From Candidatus Eiseniibacteriota bacterium (lineage in GTDB: Bacteria; Eisenbacteria; RBG-16-71-46), in the NCBI GenBank assembly GCA_963725865.1, contig CAVSAC010000014.1, forward strand, positions 1,440,001-1,504,000: DNA of 64,000 nucleotides, given 5' to 3'. The position numbers and the translations under genes were made by a program. The notes below the pieces were generated by a model that had not been told where the DNA came from, did no database searches, and saw nothing but the letters and a program-made list of their open reading frames with translations. Positions 60,823 to 64,000 of this stretch are shown piece by piece (within the stretch, counting starts at the first letter, position 1; every line of letters starts with the position of its first letter).

Positions 60823-62162
60823 CGGCGACCACGGACCTCCGCTCCGCGAACGCACGGCAGGTGGCCGGCTGGCCGGCGCAGGCCGAGGCGCGCGCCGCGC
60901 AGAATCGCGAGCCCGCGTGGGCGCTCGAGCGCCGGCGGCTGGCCGCGCGGCTCGTGAAGACGATGCCGTTCCCCGACCGCACGCAGGACCTGTGGCGGCG
61001 CACCGACTTCGGGGGTCTCGCTTTCGAGGAGCTGGTGCCGTTCACGCCCGGCGCGCGGGCGCGCAACGTGGACGACCTGCCGGCGCCGATCCTCGAGCGG
61101 CTCACCGCCGACAGCGGACCGGTGGCGCTGCTGGTGCAGCGCGACGGCGAGGTCGTGCTCGAGCAGACGCATCCCGACCTCGAGCGTCAGGGCGTCATCG
61201 TGTGCTCGCTGGAGCGCGCGCTCCGCGAGCATCCGGAGAAGCTCGAATCGCGGCTCAGCGCGCTGGTGGAGCCCGATCACGACGCCTTCACCGCGCTGCA
61301 GAGTGCCGTCCGTGCGGGCGGAGCGTTCGTGTGGGTCCCCGACGGCGTCGACGCCGCGGTGCCCATCCGGCTGTTCCAGTGGATCGATCGCGCGGGCGTG
61401 GTCAACGCGCCGGCGAACGTGATCGTGGTCGGCGAGCGGGCGCGCGCGACCGTGCTCGAGGACCAGCTCTCGCCGACCTTCGAGGGCGCCGCGTTCCACG
61501 CCGGCTCCACCGAGGTGTTCGTGGGCGACGCCGCGCGTCTGGTGTTCTCGACCGACGAGGAGTGGGGGCGCAGCGTGGTCCACTACTCGAACCAGCGTGC
61601 GCGGGTGGGCCGCGACGCCGAGCTTCAGTGGGTGCAGAACCTGCTCGGCGCTCGCATGGTGAAGACCAACTCGTACTTCGATCTCGCCGCGCCCGGCGCG
61701 CAGGTGTTCGTGCACGGCTTCATGTTCGGCGACGGCCGGCAGCACTTCGACCTGCACACGCTCCAGCGCCACCGGATGGACCACACCACCAGCGACCTGC
61801 TCATCAAGACCGTGCTGAAGGACCGCGCGCGCAGCATCTACCAGGGCCTGATCCAGGTCAGCGAAGGCGCGCAGCGCACCGACGCCTACCAGGCCAATCG
61901 CAACCTGCTGCTGTCCGAGACCGCGCGCGCCGACAGCATTCCCGGCCTCGAGATCCTCGCGAACGACGTGCGCTGCACGCACGGCGCGACCATCGGGCAG
62001 GTGGACGAGGAGCAGATGTACTACCTTCTGGCGCGCGGGCTGCGCCCGAACGAGGCCCAGCGGCTGATCGTCGAGGGGTTCTTCGCGCCGGTGCTCGACC
62101 GCATCCCGCTGGAGACCGTGCGCGATCGCCTGCGCCTCGCGATCCAGCAGAAGATCGGATAG
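60819..62162 (+). CDS. sufD: Fe-S cluster assembly protein
   Basis: [34 protein letters not shown]. Confidence 0.93.
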   Translation: MTATTDLRSANARQVAGWPAQAEARAAQNREPAWALERRRLAARLVKTMPFPDRTQDLWRRTDFGGLAFEELVPFTPGARARNVDDLPAPILERLTADSGPVALLVQRDGEVVLEQTHPDLERQGVIVCSLERALREHPEKLESRLSALVEPDHDAFTALQSAVRAGGAFVWVPDGVDAAVPIRLFQWIDRAGVVNAPANVIVVGERARATVLEDQLSPTFEGAAFHAGSTEVFVGDAARLVFSTDEEWGRSVVHYSNQRARVGRDAELQWVQNLLGARMVKTNSYFDLAAPGAQVFVHGFMFGDGRQHFDLHTLQRHRMDHTTSDLLIKTVLKDRARSIYQGLIQVSEGAQRTDAYQANRNLLLSETARADSIPGLEILANDVRCTHGATIGQVDEEQMYYLLARGLRPNEAQRLIVEGFFAPVLDRIPLETVRDRLRLAIQQKIG

Positions 62163-62166
62163 GGCC

Positions 62167-63432
62167 ATGAGCCACGCCTCCGGGTCGGCTGCGGCCGCCC
62201 CGCCCCGGACCTTCGACGCACGCGCGATCCGCGAACGCTTCCCGATCCTGCGGGGACCGCTCGAACGGCCGCTCGTGTACCTCGACAGCGCCGCCACGTC
62301 GCAGAAACCCGATGTGGTGCTCGAGGCGATGGACCGCTACTACTCGACCATCAACGCGAACATCCACCGCGGCGTCTACCGCATCGCCGAGCAGGCGACC
62401 GCGGCGTACGAGGACGCGCGCCGGCGAGTCGCGAAGTTCGTGAACGCGGCCAGCCCGCGCGAGCTGATCTTCACCCGCAACAGCACCGAGGCGATCAACC
62501 TGGTGGCGTACGCCTGGGGGCGCGCGTTCACGGCGCGCGGCGACGCGATCCTGCTCACCGAGATGGAGCACCATTCGAACCTGGTGCCCTGGCAGCTGCT
62601 GGCGGCCGAGCGCGGCCTGGAGCTGCGCTTCATCCCGGTCACGCCCGACGGCCTGCTCGACCTGACGGCGCTGCCGCGACTGCTCGGCGACGGCCGGGTG
62701 AAGTTCGCCGCGTTCGTGCACGTGTCGAACGTGCTCGGCACCGTGAACGACGCCGCGGCCATCGCGCGCACCTTGAAGGCCGCGGGCGCCACCGTGCTGA
62801 TCGACGCGTCGCAGAGCGTGCCGCACATGCCGGTGGACGTGCAGGCGCTGGGCGCCGACTTCGTGGCATTCACAGGACACAAGATGCTCGGGCCGACCGG
62901 AATCGGCGCGCTGTGGGGACGCCGCGCGCTGCTGGAAGCGATGCCCCCGTTCCTCGGCGGTGGCGAGATGATCCGCGAGGTGAAGCTCACCGAGTCCAAG
63001 TGGAACGATCTGCCGTGGAAGTTCGAAGCCGGCACCATGGCGATCGCCGAGGCGATCGGGCTGGGCGCCGCCGTCGACTTCCTGGAATCGCTCGGGATGG
63101 AGGCGGTGTTCGCGCACGACCAGGCGATGGCGGCGCTCACCATGGAACGCCTGCGCGAGATCCCCGAAGTGCGCGTGCTGGGTCCGCCGGCGCACCAGCG
63201 CGGCGGAGTGGTGGCGTTCACGTTCGAGGGCGTGCATCCGCACGACGTCGCGACCGTGCTCGACGGCGATGGCGTGGCAGTGCGCGCGGGACATCACTGC
63301 GCGATGCCGCTCCACGAGAAGCTCGGGATTCCGGCCTCGGCGCGCGCTTCGTTCCACTGCTACTCGATCCCCGAGGACGTCGAGGCGCTGGTGCGGGGAC
63401 TGCACCGCGTTCGGGAGGCCTTCGGCCGATGA
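62167..63432 (+). CDS. sufS: Cysteine desulfurase
   Basis: YLDSAATSQKP, TGHKMLGPTG, RAGHHCA. Confidence 0.95.
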   Translation: MSHASGSAAAAPPRTFDARAIRERFPILRGPLERPLVYLDSAATSQKPDVVLEAMDRYYSTINANIHRGVYRIAEQATAAYEDARRRVAKFVNAASPRELIFTRNSTEAINLVAYAWGRAFTARGDAILLTEMEHHSNLVPWQLLAAERGLELRFIPVTPDGLLDLTALPRLLGDGRVKFAAFVHVSNVLGTVNDAAAIARTLKAAGATVLIDASQSVPHMPVDVQALGADFVAFTGHKMLGPTGIGALWGRRALLEAMPPFLGGGEMIREVKLTESKWNDLPWKFEAGTMAIAEAIGLGAAVDFLESLGMEAVFAHDQAMAALTMERLREIPEVRVLGPPAHQRGGVVAFTFEGVHPHDVATVLDGDGVAVRAGHHCAMPLHEKLGIPASARASFHCYSIPEDVEALVRGLHRVREAFGR

Positions 63433-63845
63433 GCGGGTGGGAAGAGCTGTACCGCGAGAACATCCTCGACCACTACCAGCACCCGCGGAACCGCGGCACG
63501 ATCGAGCATCCGGACGTCACGTACGAGGACGCGAACCCGCTGTGCGGCGACAAGCTGCGCATGGACTTCCGCATCGCCGACGGCCGTATCACCGAGGTGA
63601 AGTTCTCGGGCGCCGGCTGTGCGATCAGCCAGGCCTCGGCGTCGATGCTGTGCGAGCGCATCGAGGGCAAGACGCTCGAGGAGGTCAAGGCGCTCACGCG
63701 CGAGGACGTGCTCGAGATGCTCGGCATCGAGCTCGGCCCGGTGCGGCTCAAGTGCGCCATGCTCGCGCTGAAGACGCTGAAGGCCGGCGTGTACGGGATC
63801 AACCAGTGGCCGGGCGAGGACGAGGACGAGGGATCGAAGGCGTGA
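63429..63845 (+). CDS. sufU: SufU/NifU-type sulfur transfer/scaffold protein
   Basis: ILDHYQHPRN, NPLCGD, GCAISQASAS, VRLKC. Confidence 0.92.
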   Translation: MSGWEELYRENILDHYQHPRNRGTIEHPDVTYEDANPLCGDKLRMDFRIADGRITEVKFSGAGCAISQASASMLCERIEGKTLEEVKALTREDVLEMLGIELGPVRLKCAMLALKTLKAGVYGINQWPGEDEDEGSKA

Positions 63846-64000
63846 CCGCGTCCGACGGCTTCGTGACAGTGGCGAAGGTGGGCGAGATCACCGAGGGCGG
63901 CGTGAAGGTGGCGTACGTCGACGGCATCGCGGTGGCGGTGTTCCTCGTCGGCGGGGAGTACTTCGCGCTCGAGGACGTCTGCACGCACGACGGCGGACCG
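63842..64000 (+). CDS. Rieske-type ferredoxin (truncated by window end)
   Basis: GTG start; ...EYFALEDVCTHDGGP (CxH motif). Confidence 0.85.
   Translation, partial: MTASDGFVTVAKVGEITEGGVKVAYVDGIAVAVFLVGGEYFALEDVCTHDGGP

Overview
Very GC-rich bacterial chromosomal window with about 55 real genes; most long ORFs in the track are antisense or off-frame shadows. Outer-membrane barrels, TonB-C proteins, an FlgD-Ig sorting domain and two proteins ending in (T/S)WGxLKxxYR suggest a diderm of the FCB group such as Ca. Eisenbacteria (inference). Housekeeping content: oppA/oppB, a cytochrome b + Mo-oxidoreductase pair, xanthine dehydrogenase-family genes, acyl-CoA ligase, dihydropyrimidinase, an mddA-like gene, pntAA/AB/B, icd and a MerR-headed SUF operon. 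The most interesting part is 36-54 kb. (i) An ECF sigma/anti-sigma locus carries a duplicated ECF-type promoter in front of both the sigma gene and a membrane-anchored protein of 28 tandem nonapeptide repeats; a gluzincin/propeller/barrel outer-membrane protein and a PrsW protease follow. (ii) In a convergent ECF sigma / Ser-Thr kinase / exported TPR-CHAT protease operon, kinase and protease share an identical RGVGELADA peptide with different codons, a candidate cleavage or recognition site. (iii) An anchor + fibre-like + M4 protease secreted module. Several genes carry small frameshifts, probably sequencing errors. No rRNA, tRNA or CRISPR array was seen.
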